Positions 42,395 to 52,396 of a stretch of 63,736 nucleotides of DNA are shown piece after piece. Positions within the stretch are counted from its first letter, which is position 1, and each line of letters begins with the position of its first letter. The DNA is taken from positions 18,194-81,929 of the forward strand of contig JBBIJZ010000004.1 in NCBI GenBank assembly GCA_037445715.1. The letters run 5' to 3'. The DNA comes from Verrucomicrobiales bacterium (GTDB lineage Bacteria; Verrucomicrobiota; Verrucomicrobiia; Limisphaerales; J093). The notes under the pieces were generated by a model, which made no database searches, was not told where the DNA came from, and worked only from the letters and a program-made list of their open reading frames with translations. The translations under genes and the position numbers were made by a program.

Positions 42395-44770
42395 ATGAAA
42401 CGACCGCTGACCGCCTCCCTCCGCACCTTGCTCCGGGCCGCCGGTGTGTTGAGCCTCCTGGCCACCGGCCTCGCGTTATCCGCCCCCATTCCCAAGCTCT
42501 ACAACACGGGCGTGGACGACGCGGGCAACCCCCTGCCCAACGCCACGGTGGACCCGCACTACACCCTCCTTGAAAGTCCGGACCCCGAATACCCCGGGCC
42601 GAACACCTTCACCCTCGAACCCGGCTGGCCCGTGGCACCGGACGGACCCTGGGTCGCGGACAGCGCGGTCTCGCGCTGGATCGCGCCCCGCGCGCGCCAG
42701 AGCGTGGGCAACGCCGCGGGCAGCTACACCTTCCGCACCACCTTCGACCTCACCGGCTTTGATCCCGCCCGGGCGCGGATCACCGGCCGCTGGACCTCGG
42801 ACAACACGGGCATGGACCTCGTGCTGAACGGCAATTCGCTCGGGATCAGCCAGCCCGGCAATTTCGGGGTGTTCAGCGAGTTCACCATCGAATTCGGCTT
42901 TGTGGCGGGCACCAACACCCTGGATTTCCTGGTCTTCAACGCCGGCGAGGCGGCGAATCCCATCGGCCTGCGGGTGGAAATGATCGGCACCGTCGAGGCG
43001 GCCGGCGAACCGCCCCGCATCGTCAGCGCGCCGGTCGGCGGCACCTACCTCGTGGGGGACACGGTCACCTTGAGCGTTCTGGCGGACGGTACGCCGCCGT
43101 TGCGCTACCAGTGGAAACGCAACGGGGCGGACCTGCCGGCGGCCAACGACGCCACGTTGACCCTGGACAATGTTTCCACCGCCCAGGAGGGCGAGTACAC
43201 GGTGGTGATCCGCAACGACGTGGGCGAAATCACCAGCCCGGCCGTGCGGGTGACGGTGCTGGACCCGCTGCCCGGCCTGTACAACACGGGCGTGGACGAC
43301 GACCGCAACGTGCTCTGGGACGGCGCGGAGGACCCGCACTACAAGCTGGTGGTCAACCCCGACGACCCGGCGGTGACCGTTCCGGTGGTCCAGGACTCCA
43401 CGGCGTTTCCCATCGTGGCGGGTCCCTGGGTGGCCAACTCGGACACCTCGGTCTGGATCGGGCCGCGGCTCGAGACCAGCGGCGCCGCGGGCGGGGATTA
43501 CGTGTACGAACTGGAGGTGGACCTGACCGGTTTCGACCCGCGCACGGCCTTCATCGAAGGGCTCTGGGCCACCGATAACGCCGCGCAACTTTTACTGGAT
43601 GGCGGCACCACCGGCATCGCCAACACCGGCAACTTTGACACCCTCTCACCCTTCCGGCTCGAGGGCCTGTTCTTGAGCGGCAAAAACAAACTCCAGTTCA
43701 AGGTCAACAATGCCGGCACGGGGTTCACCGGCCTGCGCGTCCAGGCCCTGCGCGGCGGCGCCCGGAAAGGATCGTCCGGAGACGCCCCGCGGATCATCTC
43801 CCAGCCCTTGGGCGGGCTGTTGCTCACCGGAGAAAGCCTCGACCTGTCCGTGCTGGCCGACGGCGCCCGGCCCCTGGCCTACCAGTGGCGGAAAAACGGC
43901 GCCGACCTGTCCGGCCAGACCGGCACCCGCCTTGCGCTCACCGGGGTCGGCCTCGCCGACGCGGGCGATTACACCGTGGTGGTGAGCAATTTTGCCGGCT
44001 CGATCACCAGCACCGTGGCCACCGTGACCGTGCTCGAGCGCGTGCCCGGGGTTTTCAGTACCGGAGTGGACGCCGCGGGAGCGGTCCTTCAGGACGGGGC
44101 GGTGGACCCGCATTACCAACTGGTCCTCAACGCCACCGACCCGAATTCCCGCGACGCCTTCGTCCATGACTCGACCATCTTCCCCATCGTGACCGGCCCC
44201 TGGGTGGCCAACACCGACCGCTCGAAGTGGATCGCCCCCCTGGTCAACTCCGTCGAGGCCGCCGGCGGCGATTACGCCTACCACACCACGTTTGACCTGA
44301 CCGGCTACGACCCCGCCACGGCCGTCCTGCTGGGCGCCTGGGCGACGGACAACCTGGGCACGGACATCAAACTCAATGGTGTCAGCACCGGCCTCCAAAA
44401 CGGCAGTCAATTCGGCAGCCTGACCCCGTTCACCCTCACCACCGGCTTCGTGACGGGCGTCAACACGCTCGAATTCCACCTCAACAACGCCGACCTGGTG
44501 ACCGGCTACACCGGCCTGCGCGTGGACAACCTGCGCGTGGGCGCCCTGCCCCTGGGACTCGCCCCGTCGCTGACCGTTCAACGCAGCGGCAGCAACATCG
44601 TCCTCGCCTGGCCCGCGGCCGCCACGGGGTACAAACTGTTCAGCGCACCGGCGCTGGGCGCGGGGGCCGCGTGGACGGAAGTGCCGGTGGCAGCCACGCC
44701 GTCGGGCGACCGTCTGACCGTGACGATCGCGCCCACCGGCAGCCAGCAATTCTATCGCCTGCAAAAGTAA
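42395..44770 (+). CDS. secreted modular protein: 3 x (unrecognised ~175-aa LYNTGVDD/DPHY module), the first two each followed by an Ig I-set-like domain, the third by a C-terminal FYRL module
   Basis: ATG at 42395 with signal peptide MKRPLTASLRTLLRAAGVLSLLATGLALSA. The three module starts are at about 42494, 43273 and 44052 (LYNTGVDDAGN, LYNTGVDDDRN, VFSTGVDAAGA). Ig domains contain P..Y.W..NG..L and (A/E)G(D/E)YTVV(I/V). A strong terminator follows. Confidence 0.8.
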   Translation: MKRPLTASLRTLLRAAGVLSLLATGLALSAPIPKLYNTGVDDAGNPLPNATVDPHYTLLESPDPEYPGPNTFTLEPGWPVAPDGPWVADSAVSRWIAPRARQSVGNAAGSYTFRTTFDLTGFDPARARITGRWTSDNTGMDLVLNGNSLGISQPGNFGVFSEFTIEFGFVAGTNTLDFLVFNAGEAANPIGLRVEMIGTVEAAGEPPRIVSAPVGGTYLVGDTVTLSVLADGTPPLRYQWKRNGADLPAANDATLTLDNVSTAQEGEYTVVIRNDVGEITSPAVRVTVLDPLPGLYNTGVDDDRNVLWDGAEDPHYKLVVNPDDPAVTVPVVQDSTAFPIVAGPWVANSDTSVWIGPRLETSGAAGGDYVYELEVDLTGFDPRTAFIEGLWATDNAAQLLLDGGTTGIANTGNFDTLSPFRLEGLFLSGKNKLQFKVNNAGTGFTGLRVQALRGGARKGSSGDAPRIISQPLGGLLLTGESLDLSVLADGARPLAYQWRKNGADLSGQTGTRLALTGVGLADAGDYTVVVSNFAGSITSTVATVTVLERVPGVFSTGVDAAGAVLQDGAVDPHYQLVLNATDPNSRDAFVHDSTIFPIVTGPWVANTDRSKWIAPLVNSVEAAGGDYAYHTTFDLTGYDPATAVLLGAWATDNLGTDIKLNGVSTGLQNGSQFGSLTPFTLTTGFVTGVNTLEFHLNNADLVTGYTGLRVDNLRVGALPLGLAPSLTVQRSGSNIVLAWPAAATGYKLFSAPALGAGAAWTEVPVAATPSGDRLTVTIAPTGSQQFYRLQK

Positions 44771-44789
44771 TCCGGCGCGGTGCGCTGTT

Positions 44790-44824
44790 GGCCGGCGGGA
44801 GAGGGCCCGCCGGCCTTTTTTTTT
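44790..44824 (+). terminator. rho-independent terminator
   Basis: GGCCGGCGGG-AGAGGG-CCCGCCGGCC (perfect 10-bp GC stem) is followed by T9 (44816..44824), 20 nt after the stop at 44770. Confidence 0.85.
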
Positions 44825-45034
44825 ATCCCGGCCGGGCGAAGGCCTGCCGGACCGCGCCGGCGTCGCCCATGGAGCAACCGTTTCCTCCGCGCTTGCGGGC
44901 CGGGAGCACCGGGGGCGTGTCGGCGGGGGCTGCTGGACTGGCGGACGCGGCCTGTGCGTCCAAACGACCGGGGCCGGAGCGGGTGCCCCGGCTTGGCAGG
45001 GGCGCGCGCCGGTGTTACATCAGCGGTGAGATTC

Positions 45035-45898
45035 ATGCTGGGTTTCGGAACCAGAGCCAGGGTGGACAGCGCCGGCCGGCGTCTGCCGGGGCCGTTTGGC
45101 CGGTTTTACCTGCGCGAGTTGATCAACAGCGGCGGCATGGCCGACCTCTGGTTGGCGACCGACGAGCACCACATGACCTGTGCCATCCGCTGCCTGCGCG
45201 AGAGCGGCCGGTTTGATTTCGCCGCCCGCAAGCGCTTCCAGCGCGGCTGCGAAATCCTGGCCGCCATCCACGACCACGACGCCATCATCGGCTACCTCGA
45301 GCACGGCAAAATTGACGGCACCTGGTACGTGGCCCTGGAATACGTCGAGGGCTCCAACCTCAAGGTGCTCATGGCCCACCACGACCCGCAGCTCGAGGAG
45401 TTTGCCGGCAACGTACTCATTGACTCCGCCCGCGCGCTCGAGCACGTGCACGACCGCGGCTACATGCACCTGGATTTCAAGCCGGAGAACCTCATGATCA
45501 CCCGCAACGGGAGCGTGCGGCTGGTGGACTTTGACCTGGCCCGGCCCCGACCCGAGTTTCCCGAGAAACTGCCCGAGAACCCCGGCACCCCGGCCTACAT
45601 GGCGCCCGAGCAGTTGCAGCGCGAGCCGGTGGACCATCGCGCGGACATCTTCGCCTTCGGCGTCACCGCCTACGAGCTGCTCACCTTCCAGAAACCTTTC
45701 CCCGGCGAAAGTCCCACCGAAATCCTCACCCGCCAGTTGAACCGCACGCCGGACTTCGTCCCGCCCCGGGAACTGAACGAGGCCATCCCCCCGGCCCTGG
45801 AACGGGTGATCCTCAAATGCCTCGAGGCCGACCCCGCCCGCCGCTACCCCTTCATGAGTGTGGTGGTGCGCGACCTCCAGGCGGTGTTGTACGTGTAA
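45035..45898 (+). CDS. standalone Ser/Thr protein kinase-like protein with degenerate catalytic motifs (possible pseudokinase)
   Basis: Hanks-type layout: SGGMADLW (degenerate G-loop), CAIRCL (where VAIK is expected), YMHLDFKPENLM (HRD->HLD, Asp and Asn kept), LVDFDLA (DFG->DFD), GTPAYMAPEQ (APE) and DIFAFGV. Start at ATG 45035. No sensor or TM domain. Confidence 0.8.
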   Translation: MLGFGTRARVDSAGRRLPGPFGRFYLRELINSGGMADLWLATDEHHMTCAIRCLRESGRFDFAARKRFQRGCEILAAIHDHDAIIGYLEHGKIDGTWYVALEYVEGSNLKVLMAHHDPQLEEFAGNVLIDSARALEHVHDRGYMHLDFKPENLMITRNGSVRLVDFDLARPRPEFPEKLPENPGTPAYMAPEQLQREPVDHRADIFAFGVTAYELLTFQKPFPGESPTEILTRQLNRTPDFVPPRELNEAIPPALERVILKCLEADPARRYPFMSVVVRDLQAVLYV

Positions 45899-46357
45899 CC
45901 GGGCTGCGACGGTAGGCGCGCAGCCACCTCCGCCGGCCACACCCGCCGCCGCGCCCGGCAACCGATGGCGCTCTCCGGGGCGTAGCGGGATCACCGGCTT
46001 TCCACCCGCAGGAATTGATGGTCCGGCTCGGCCGGCAACGCCGCCCAGGGCACCGGACGCCACCCGCCCCAGGGCGTCCACCGGTCCGGCTTCAAGTCCC
46101 ACGCCTGCCACACGCGGTACGGCCCCCGGCCGCGTTGGCCACCACGTGGGTCAGGCCGGGCGGCACGGCGAGCTGCCCTTCCTGGTGGTCGCCCAAACTG
46201 TGACCAGCGGCACCCGGTGCACCAGCGCGCGGTCCCTGACCACTTCGCGCGCCGGGTTGCTCACCCGCACCCGGTAACGCCCCATCTGCGTGCCGTCGTT
46301 CACCCCTCAGCGCCATTCGGCCCCGGTGGCGCCCCGGCAAATCATGCCGGGCCGGAC

Positions 46358-47938
46358 TCAGGCCCCCGACTGCGGATGGCGCCAGGCGTGGCCGGCGGCG
46401 CGGAGCAATTCATCCGCCGCGGGCGGTCCCCAGGTGCCGGCGGGGTAAAACTCCGCCTCGCTCAGCGGCGCGTCGCCCCAGCCGGCGCGGATGGGGTCCA
46501 CCCAGGCCCAGGCCGCCTCGACCTCGTCCCGGCGAATGAACAGTGTGGGGTCGCCCTCCAGCGCATCAAGCAGCAGCCGTTCATACGCCTCGGGCGTGTA
46601 CGCGCCAAACTCGGCGTCGTACCGGAAGTGCATCCGCACCGGGCGCAGGGTCAGTTCGGTGCCGGGCACCTTGCCGTTGATGTGCAGCGTGATGCCCTCG
46701 TCGGGCTGCAGGCGCAGGGTGAGCGAATTGGCGTCCAGACGCGGGCCGCAGCGCGCGGCAAAGAGCACGTGGGGCGGGCGGCGGAACTGCAGGCGCACCT
46801 CGCTGGCGCTCACGGGCAGACTCTTGCCGGTGCGCAGGTAAAACGGCACCCCGGCCCAGCGCCAGTTGTCCACCCAGAGCCGCAACGCGACGCAGGTTTC
46901 CACGTTCGAGTCCGGCCGCACCCCGGGTTCTTCCCGATAGGCCCGGCGCGGTTCCCCCGCGTCGGGCCCCGCCGTGTACTGTCCGCGCACCACGTGCCGG
47001 CTCACCTCGTCCGGCGGGATGGGCCGCAGCGAGCGCAGCAGCTTGACCTTCTCGTCGCGGATGGCCTCGGCCTCCAGGGCCACCGGCGGCTCCATGGCCA
47101 TCAGGGCCAGCACCTGGAGCAGGTGGTTTTGCACCATGTCCCGCAACGCGCCGACCTCCTCGTAAAAGGCGCCGCGCGTGCCCACCCCCGACCGCTCGCT
47201 CACGGTGATCTGCACGTGGTCCACCGTCTGCCGGCTCCAGAGGGGCTCGAACAGCGCGTTGGCAAAGCGGAAGGTGAGGATGTTCTGGACGGTCTCCTTG
47301 CCCAGGTAGTGGTCAATGCGGAAAAGCTGGTGCTCGTGCGCGTGGCGGGTCAGCGCGGCGTTGAGCGCCCGGGCCGAGGCCAGGTCGTGGCCAAAGGGTT
47401 TTTCGATGACCACCCGTTGCCAGTACGGCGGCGTCTCCTCGCGCCGCAGCAGCCCGGCGGCGCTCAACCCGGCCACGATGTCGGCAAACCGGCTGGGCGA
47501 GGTGGCCAGGTAGAACAGCCGGTTGCGCCGCAGCGGTTCGGGCGCGAACCCGGCCAGCCGCTCCGCCAGGCGGCGGAGCGTTTCCGGTTCGGTGCCGTCG
47601 CCGGTCAGGTAATGGAGGTTGACTGCGAACTCCTCCCAGCGCGCGCGGTCCACCGGTCGCGTGCGGGAAAACTGCTGCAGCGCCGCGTAAAGCTCCTCGC
47701 GCCAGGCCGCATCGCTCCGGGCGCGGCGGGCCACGCCCACCACGCGGAACGGTTCGGGCAGGGCCCGCTCCCGGTGCAGATGGTAGAGTGCGGGCACCAG
47801 CTTGCGCGCGGTCAGGTCCCCGCTGGCGCCGAAGATGACCAGCGTGCACGGGCTCAACGGCGCGCGGCCGGCGTCGAGTTTGCAGACCAGCAGTTCGTCC
47901 AGTTGAGAAGTGTCGCCGGGAGGCGCAAATTCATCCAT
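46358..47938 (-). CDS. zwf: glucose-6-phosphate 1-dehydrogenase
   Basis: [32 protein letters not shown] and [20 protein letters not shown] are Zwf signatures. Start at ATG 47938. The 460-aa N-terminal ORF extension to 49321 is an antisense artefact. Confidence 0.9.
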   Translation of the reverse strand: MDEFAPPGDTSQLDELLVCKLDAGRAPLSPCTLVIFGASGDLTARKLVPALYHLHRERALPEPFRVVGVARRARSDAAWREELYAALQQFSRTRPVDRARWEEFAVNLHYLTGDGTEPETLRRLAERLAGFAPEPLRRNRLFYLATSPSRFADIVAGLSAAGLLRREETPPYWQRVVIEKPFGHDLASARALNAALTRHAHEHQLFRIDHYLGKETVQNILTFRFANALFEPLWSRQTVDHVQITVSERSGVGTRGAFYEEVGALRDMVQNHLLQVLALMAMEPPVALEAEAIRDEKVKLLRSLRPIPPDEVSRHVVRGQYTAGPDAGEPRRAYREEPGVRPDSNVETCVALRLWVDNWRWAGVPFYLRTGKSLPVSASEVRLQFRRPPHVLFAARCGPRLDANSLTLRLQPDEGITLHINGKVPGTELTLRPVRMHFRYDAEFGAYTPEAYERLLLDALEGDPTLFIRRDEVEAAWAWVDPIRAGWGDAPLSEAEFYPAGTWGPPAADELLRAAGHAWRHPQSGA

Positions 47939-48022
47939 GCCCCCAGCGTGGGCCCGCCCGCCCCGGGCCGCAAGCCGGCCGGGCGCGACTTTTTCTGCTT
48001 CGCCCGCGCGCCGGTCCCGGCC

Positions 48023-48895
48023 ATGCTTGGCGCGATGAGCGCCCCCGCCACCCTGCAGGTCTCCTGCGTCCAGCTTCACTGGGCCCGCCCGCTGGCCTTC
48101 AACCTCGAACGCACCCTCCACTACATCCGCGCCGCGGCCGCCGCGGGCAGTCGCGTGGTGCTCTTCCCCGAGGCCAGTCTCACCGGCTACTACTTTCCCG
48201 ACGTGATCCGGCTGGACCCGCGCGAGGTGCTGGCGGCGCTGGACCGCACCCGCCGCGCCGCCGCCGAGGCCGGCCTGTGGGTCATCGCCGGCACGCTGCG
48301 CCCGACCGCCGACCGCTACCTGAACCTCGCCCACGTCATCTCCCCGCGCGGCGAAATCGTGCACGAATACGCCAAGGTCCACCTCGCCGGCCGCGACGAG
48401 CGCCAGTACTGCCGCGCCGGCGACAAGCTCTCCCTCTTCGAGCTGGACGGCATCCGCTGCACGCTGGCCATCTGCCGCGACGGCCGGCATCCGGAGGTGT
48501 ACCGGCTGCCGGCCATGCTCGGCGCGCAAATCTTCTTCCACCCCTCGTGCAGTTCGGACGAACCCGAGGCGGTGGTCTGGAAACGCACCTCCGGCCGCGC
48601 CCAACTGCCCGCCGGCCCCACCACCCGCATCTTCCACTGCGTGGCCAACACCGTCGGCCAGTCCCCCGACGGCCGCCAGAGCTCCAGCGGCCAGTCCTTC
48701 ATCCGCAACCCCGACGGCCTGCCCCTGGCCGAGGCGGGCTGGTACCAGGAGGAAATGATCACCGCCGTGCTCGACCTGGCCCGGGCCGACCGCCAATACG
48801 CCCTCGACAGCCTCCGCGACCCGCCCTTCCTGCGGCCCTACTGGGAAGCCATGCTCCAAGCCGTGGCCGAACGCGCCGACCGGCCCCCCGCCTGA
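48023..48895 (+). CDS. carbon-nitrogen hydrolase (nitrilase superfamily) protein
   Basis: The E-K-C triad context is [19 protein letters not shown] and CTLAICRD. Start at ATG 48023 (or 48035), within the long artefactual ORF 46217..48895. Confidence 0.85.
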   Translation: MLGAMSAPATLQVSCVQLHWARPLAFNLERTLHYIRAAAAAGSRVVLFPEASLTGYYFPDVIRLDPREVLAALDRTRRAAAEAGLWVIAGTLRPTADRYLNLAHVISPRGEIVHEYAKVHLAGRDERQYCRAGDKLSLFELDGIRCTLAICRDGRHPEVYRLPAMLGAQIFFHPSCSSDEPEAVVWKRTSGRAQLPAGPTTRIFHCVANTVGQSPDGRQSSSGQSFIRNPDGLPLAEAGWYQEEMITAVLDLARADRQYALDSLRDPPFLRPYWEAMLQAVAERADRPPA

Positions 48896-48940
48896 CCCCG
48901 CGCCGCTGGTCAGCCGCCGCCCCGCGCCTATACTCCCGCC

Positions 48941-49483
48941 ATGCAACCGCGCGTGCTCTGCCTGTTGTTTCCCGGGTTCGAGGAAATCGAAACGATCGCC
49001 CCGGTGGACCTCCTCCGCCGCGCCGGCGCCACGGTCGTGCTCGCCTCGCTCACCGGCGAGCCGCTCGTGCCCGGCCGCGGCCGGATCACGGTGCAGGCGG
49101 ACGCCGCGCTTTCCGCCGTGGCCAACGAGCCCTTTGACCTGTTGCTCCTGCCCGGCGGTCCCGGCGTGAAGGCCGTCCGCGCCGAGGGCCGCGCCGCCGC
49201 GCTGGCCCGGCGGTTCGTCGAGGCCGGCCGCCCCGTGGCCGCCATTTGCGCCGCGCCCACCGTGCTGGCCGACGCCGGCCTGCTGGCCGGACGCCGGTAC
49301 ACCGCGCATTTCTCGGTGCACGACGAACTGCCCGCGGCCCGGGCCGACGAACCGGTGGTCGAGGACGGACCGCTGATCACCTCGCGCGGCGCGGGCACGG
49401 CACTCGCGTTCGGCCTGGCGCTGGTCCGGCGCCTGTTTGATGACGCCCGCACCCGCGAGGTGGCCCGCACCATCATGTATTGA
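48941..49483 (+). CDS. DJ-1/PfpI (ThiJ/YajL-like) family protein
   Basis: [18 protein letters not shown] and the nucleophile elbow VAAICAAP; 180 aa. Confidence 0.85.
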   Translation: MQPRVLCLLFPGFEEIETIAPVDLLRRAGATVVLASLTGEPLVPGRGRITVQADAALSAVANEPFDLLLLPGGPGVKAVRAEGRAAALARRFVEAGRPVAAICAAPTVLADAGLLAGRRYTAHFSVHDELPAARADEPVVEDGPLITSRGAGTALAFGLALVRRLFDDARTREVARTIMY

Positions 49484-49509
49484 ACCGCCCCTGCCCCGGC
49501 CCCGCGTTC

Positions 49510-50472
49510 ATGTCCCCCGGCGCACACATCCTGGTCACCGGCGGCGCCGGGTTCATCGGCTCGCACCTGGTCGAGCGGCTTCTCGCCGAGGGATGCCGCG
49601 TGACGGTGATGGACGACTTCTCGACCGGCCGGCCCGAAAACCTCGCCGCGGTCCGGACCGACCCGCGCCTGCGCGTGATCGAGGCCCGCGTCTCCGCCTG
49701 GGCCGGGTTGGACCGGTTGGCGGGCGAGGCCGACGCGATCTACCACCTGGCGGCGGCGGTGGGGGTGGAGTTGGTGGTGCGGTCGCCCATCCGGACCATC
49801 CGGACCAACCTGGACGAGACCGAGGCCGTCCTCGAGGCCGCCGCCGGCCGGGGCGTGCCGGTGTTGCTGGCCTCGACCTCCGAGGTGTACGGCAAAAGCC
49901 AGCGCGAGGAGTTTCGCGAGGAAGACGACCTGCTCATCGGCCCGCCGCACCTGGGCCGCTGGAGCTACGCCTGCTCGAAGTTGATGGACGAGTTCCTCGC
50001 CCTGGCCTACGCGCGCGAGCGCGGCCTGCCGGTGATCGTGGCCCGGATTTTCAACACCGTCGGCCCGCGCCAGACCGGGCAGTACGGCATGGTGCTGCCG
50101 CGCTTTATCGCGGCCGCCCGCGCCGGCCGGCCGCTCCGGGTGTACGGCGACGGTGCGCAGACGCGCTGCTTCTGCTACGTGGCCGACACGGTCGAGGCGC
50201 TCGCCCGCCTGATGCGCTGCCCGGCCGCCCGCGGCGAGGTCTTCAACGTGGGCAGCACCGAGGAGGTCAGCATCCTCGAACTGGCCCGCCGGGTGATTGC
50301 CGCGCTGGGTTCGACCGCGCCCATCGAGCTGGTGCCGTACGACGCCGCCTACGCGCCGGGGTTCGAGGACCTGCGCCGCCGCCGGCCCGCGGTGGACAAG
50401 CTGGAGCGGTTCACCGGCTTTCGCCCCGCCACGCCGCTGGACGAGATCATCCGGCGCACCGCCGGGCTTTGA
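49510..50472 (+). CDS. NAD-dependent epimerase/dehydratase (extended SDR; UDP-sugar decarboxylase/epimerase-like)
   Basis: ILVTGGAGFIGSHLVERLL (Rossmann fold), STSEVYG and YACSK (YxxxK). Start at ATG 49510. Confidence 0.85.
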   Translation: MSPGAHILVTGGAGFIGSHLVERLLAEGCRVTVMDDFSTGRPENLAAVRTDPRLRVIEARVSAWAGLDRLAGEADAIYHLAAAVGVELVVRSPIRTIRTNLDETEAVLEAAAGRGVPVLLASTSEVYGKSQREEFREEDDLLIGPPHLGRWSYACSKLMDEFLALAYARERGLPVIVARIFNTVGPRQTGQYGMVLPRFIAAARAGRPLRVYGDGAQTRCFCYVADTVEALARLMRCPAARGEVFNVGSTEEVSILELARRVIAALGSTAPIELVPYDAAYAPGFEDLRRRRPAVDKLERFTGFRPATPLDEIIRRTAGL

Positions 50473-50607
50473 AGCGGCACGCCCCGGGCAGTCCCGCCTG
50501 GAACGCCCCCCGGCCCGTTCCCTCCGTTGAAGCCCGGGGCGCTCCGCGGGGGCCGACCGTCCCGGGGCCTGAACCACCCGGCGGGGCCGCCCGCACGCCG
50601 CCGGCGC

Positions 50608-51165
50608 TCAGACCCCGTGCGCGCCGCGCCGCCACAACTCGAAGTGGTACAGCGCCGCCACCACGAGCGAGTGCCGGATGCGGCCGCGGGCCACCAGCCC
50701 GGGCACCTCGGCCACGGGCACCAGGTGCGTGGCCAGGTCCTCGCTGTGATCGAATGCGCGCTCGTGCCGGGGCACGCACTGCTCGATCAACACCACGTGG
50801 CAGGTGTTGCTCATGATGGCCGGGTTGGGGCGCACGGTGCCGATCACCCGCGCCCGCTCGCCCGCGTAGCCGGTTTCCTCGCGCAACTCCCGCACGGCGG
50901 TCGCCTCCGGCGAGGCGTCCGTGGCGTCCATCACCCCGCCCGGCACCTCGAGCTCGACCGCCTCGGTGCCATGGCGGAACTGCTCGACCAGCACCATCCG
51001 GTCGTCGGGCGTGAGCGCGACGATGTTCACCCAGCCGGGGGTGTCCAACACGTAAAAGTCGTGCGTGCGGCCGGTGCGGGGCGAGCGCCGCCGCACGCGG
51101 CGCACGCGGAAGACGCGGTAGTCGGCCAGGGTCTCGGCGGCCAGGGTGGGCCAGGGCGCAATCAC
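50608..51165 (-). CDS. NUDIX hydrolase (ADP-ribose pyrophosphatase-like)
   Basis: Nudix box PGGVMDATDASPEATAVRELREETGY. GTG start at 51165. Confidence 0.8.
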   Translation of the reverse strand: MIAPWPTLAAETLADYRVFRVRRVRRRSPRTGRTHDFYVLDTPGWVNIVALTPDDRMVLVEQFRHGTEAVELEVPGGVMDATDASPEATAVRELREETGYAGERARVIGTVRPNPAIMSNTCHVVLIEQCVPRHERAFDHSEDLATHLVPVAEVPGLVARGRIRHSLVVAALYHFELWRRGAHGV

Positions 51166-51289
51166 GGGGCGAGCCTTGCCGGGCGCGGCGGGTTTGGCAA
51201 TGCCGGCCTGCCGGCGCCGCGCCCGTCCCGGGCGCCCGCGCGGCGAAATACTCGACGCCCCGGCCGGCGCCGTCTAGCCTGCCGCCCGG

Positions 51290-52396
51290 ATGGACCCGCG
51301 CTATCCAAAGCTGGCCCGCCTGCTGGTGGAATATTCCACCGCATTGCGCCGCGGCGATCACGTGTTGCTGGACCTGATCGAGGTGCCGGATGAGTTCGGC
51401 GTGGCGCTCATCCGCGCGGTGCGGGCCGCCGGCGCCGTGCCGGTGGTCGAGGTGCGCCACACGCGGATCACGCGCGAGATCATGCGCGAGACCGACGCCC
51501 GCCACGCCGCGCTGGTGCGCGACCTCGAGCTGCACCGCATGAAAAAGGTGCAGGCCTACATCGCGCTGCGCGGCGCCCACAACGCCAACGAGGCCGCCGA
51601 CGTGCCGGCCGACCGCCTGGCCCTGTTCACCCGCACCCTGCGGCCGGTGCTGGACCGCCGCATCAACCACACCCGCTGGGTGGTGCTGCGCTGGCCCACC
51701 CCCTCGATGGCCCAGGCCGCGGGCATGAGCACCGAGGCGTTCGAGGACTTTTTCTTCCGCGTCTGCACGCTGGATTACCGCAAGATGGCCCGCGCCATGA
51801 CGCCCCTGGTGCGCCGGATGCGGCGGGCCGACCGCGTGCGCATCACCGGCCCGGGCACGGACCTGACCTTCAGCATCCGGGGCATCGGCGCCGTGCCGTG
51901 CTGCGGCCGGCGCAACCTGCCCGACGGCGAGGTTTTCACCTGTCCCACGCTCAAGTCGGCCCACGGGGTCATCCAGTTCAACACCCCCAGCCTCTATGCC
52001 GGCACCCGCTTCGAGAACGTGCGGCTCGAATTGCGCGCGGGGCGCATCGTGAAGGCCACCGGGTCCCACGAACAACGGCTCAACCAAATCCTGGATACCG
52101 ACCCCGGCGCGCGGTACATCGGCGAGTTCTCCCTGGGCTTGAACCCGCACATCCGCGAGCCGATGTGCGACACGCTCTTCGACGAAAAGATCGCCGGCTC
52201 GCTGCACTTCACCCCCGGCCAGGCCTACGCCGAGTGCGGCAACGGCAACCGCTCGGCCGTCCACTGGGACCTGGTGCTCATCCAGCGGCCCGAGTACGGC
52301 GGGGGCGAGGTGTGGTTCGACGACGTGCTGATCCGGCGCGACGGCCGGTTCGTGCCGGAGGACCTGCAGGGCTTGAACCCGGAACGACTGGGGTAA
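51290..52396 (+). CDS. aminopeptidase, M29 (AmpS/PepS, thermophilic metalloprotease) family
   Basis: Family-typical N-terminus (LARLLVEYS...GD.VL) and C-terminal metal-site region (GEFSLGLNP, FDEKIAGSLHFTPG, H.D). Confidence 0.8.
   Translation: MDPRYPKLARLLVEYSTALRRGDHVLLDLIEVPDEFGVALIRAVRAAGAVPVVEVRHTRITREIMRETDARHAALVRDLELHRMKKVQAYIALRGAHNANEAADVPADRLALFTRTLRPVLDRRINHTRWVVLRWPTPSMAQAAGMSTEAFEDFFFRVCTLDYRKMARAMTPLVRRMRRADRVRITGPGTDLTFSIRGIGAVPCCGRRNLPDGEVFTCPTLKSAHGVIQFNTPSLYAGTRFENVRLELRAGRIVKATGSHEQRLNQILDTDPGARYIGEFSLGLNPHIREPMCDTLFDEKIAGSLHFTPGQAYAECGNGNRSAVHWDLVLIQRPEYGGGEVWFDDVLIRRDGRFVPEDLQGLNPERLG

Noticed and set aside
46217-48022. N-terminal 600 aa of the 892-aa plus-strand ORF, and the N-terminal 460 aa (47939..49321) of the 987-aa minus-strand ORF
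   Set aside because: Only the C-terminal parts carry real family signatures (C-N hydrolase from 48023, Zwf up to 47938). The extensions are antisense to each other's real genes and are compositional junk.
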